The notes below the pieces were generated by a model. It was not told the origin of the DNA. It made no database searches and worked only from the letters and a program-made list of their open reading frames with translations. 63,287 nucleotides of DNA from Chiloscyllium plagiosum (taxonomy: Eukaryota): assembly GCF_004010195.1 (NCBI RefSeq), contig NC_057720.1, positions 6,355,828 to 6,419,114 of the forward strand, written 5' to 3'. The position numbers and the translations under genes were made by a program. This document shows positions 63,018 through 63,287 of the stretch, one piece after another; positions within the stretch are counted from its first letter, which is position 1, and the number at the start of each line of letters is the position of its first letter.

Positions 63018-63287
63018 AGAGTCATAGAGTCATAGAGATGTACAGCATGGAAACGGACCCTTCGGTGCAATCCGTCCATGCCAACCAAATATCCCAACCC
63101 AATCTAATCCCACCTGCCAGCACCTGGCCCATATCCCTCCAAACCCCTCCTATTCATATACCCATCAAAATGCCTCTTAAATGGTGCAATTGTACCAGCC
63201 TCCACCACATCCTCTGGCAGCTCATTCCATACACATACCACCCTCTGCGTGAAAAAGTTGCCCCTTAGGTCTCTTTTATATCTTTCC
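63018..63287 (-). mobile_element. CR1 (HER1-type) 3' end, runs off window
   Basis: (AGAGTCAT)n antisense tail and 3' UTR matching 6728-6908. Confidence 0.9.

Overview
This is eukaryotic, repeat-dominated DNA, almost certainly from a cartilaginous fish (shark): it carries many HE1-type V-SINEs and CR1 (HER1-type) LINEs that share a 3' tail. I can support no host protein-coding gene, rRNA, true tRNA or CRISPR array. The ORFs I could assign are transposon remnants, their antisense frames or read-through of a minisatellite. Main contents: a near full-length CR1 LINE (2581-6908), many CR1 fragments, about 9 HE1 SINEs, a 3.5-kb 28-bp minisatellite, Rex1/Babar and Tx1 fragments, two solo LTRs, a Tigger-like MITE, an interstitial telomeric tract, and a decayed SPIN/Buster-like hAT transposon with TIRs and an 8-bp TSD. 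The most notable signal is a dense set (about 20 insertions, at least 4 sequence families) of Penelope-like element (PLE) termini. Many carry a minimal type I hammerhead ribozyme motif (CUGAnGA-stem II-GAAA-palindromic stem III-UH) whose three stems covary between families. Many are short, some are inverted, and many have 11-16 bp TSDs; 5' ends of the commonest family cluster at the ribozyme. PLE-borne minimal hammerheads are a known class; I cannot tell without a search whether these shark families are catalogued. All coordinates were read by eye and edges are approximate.
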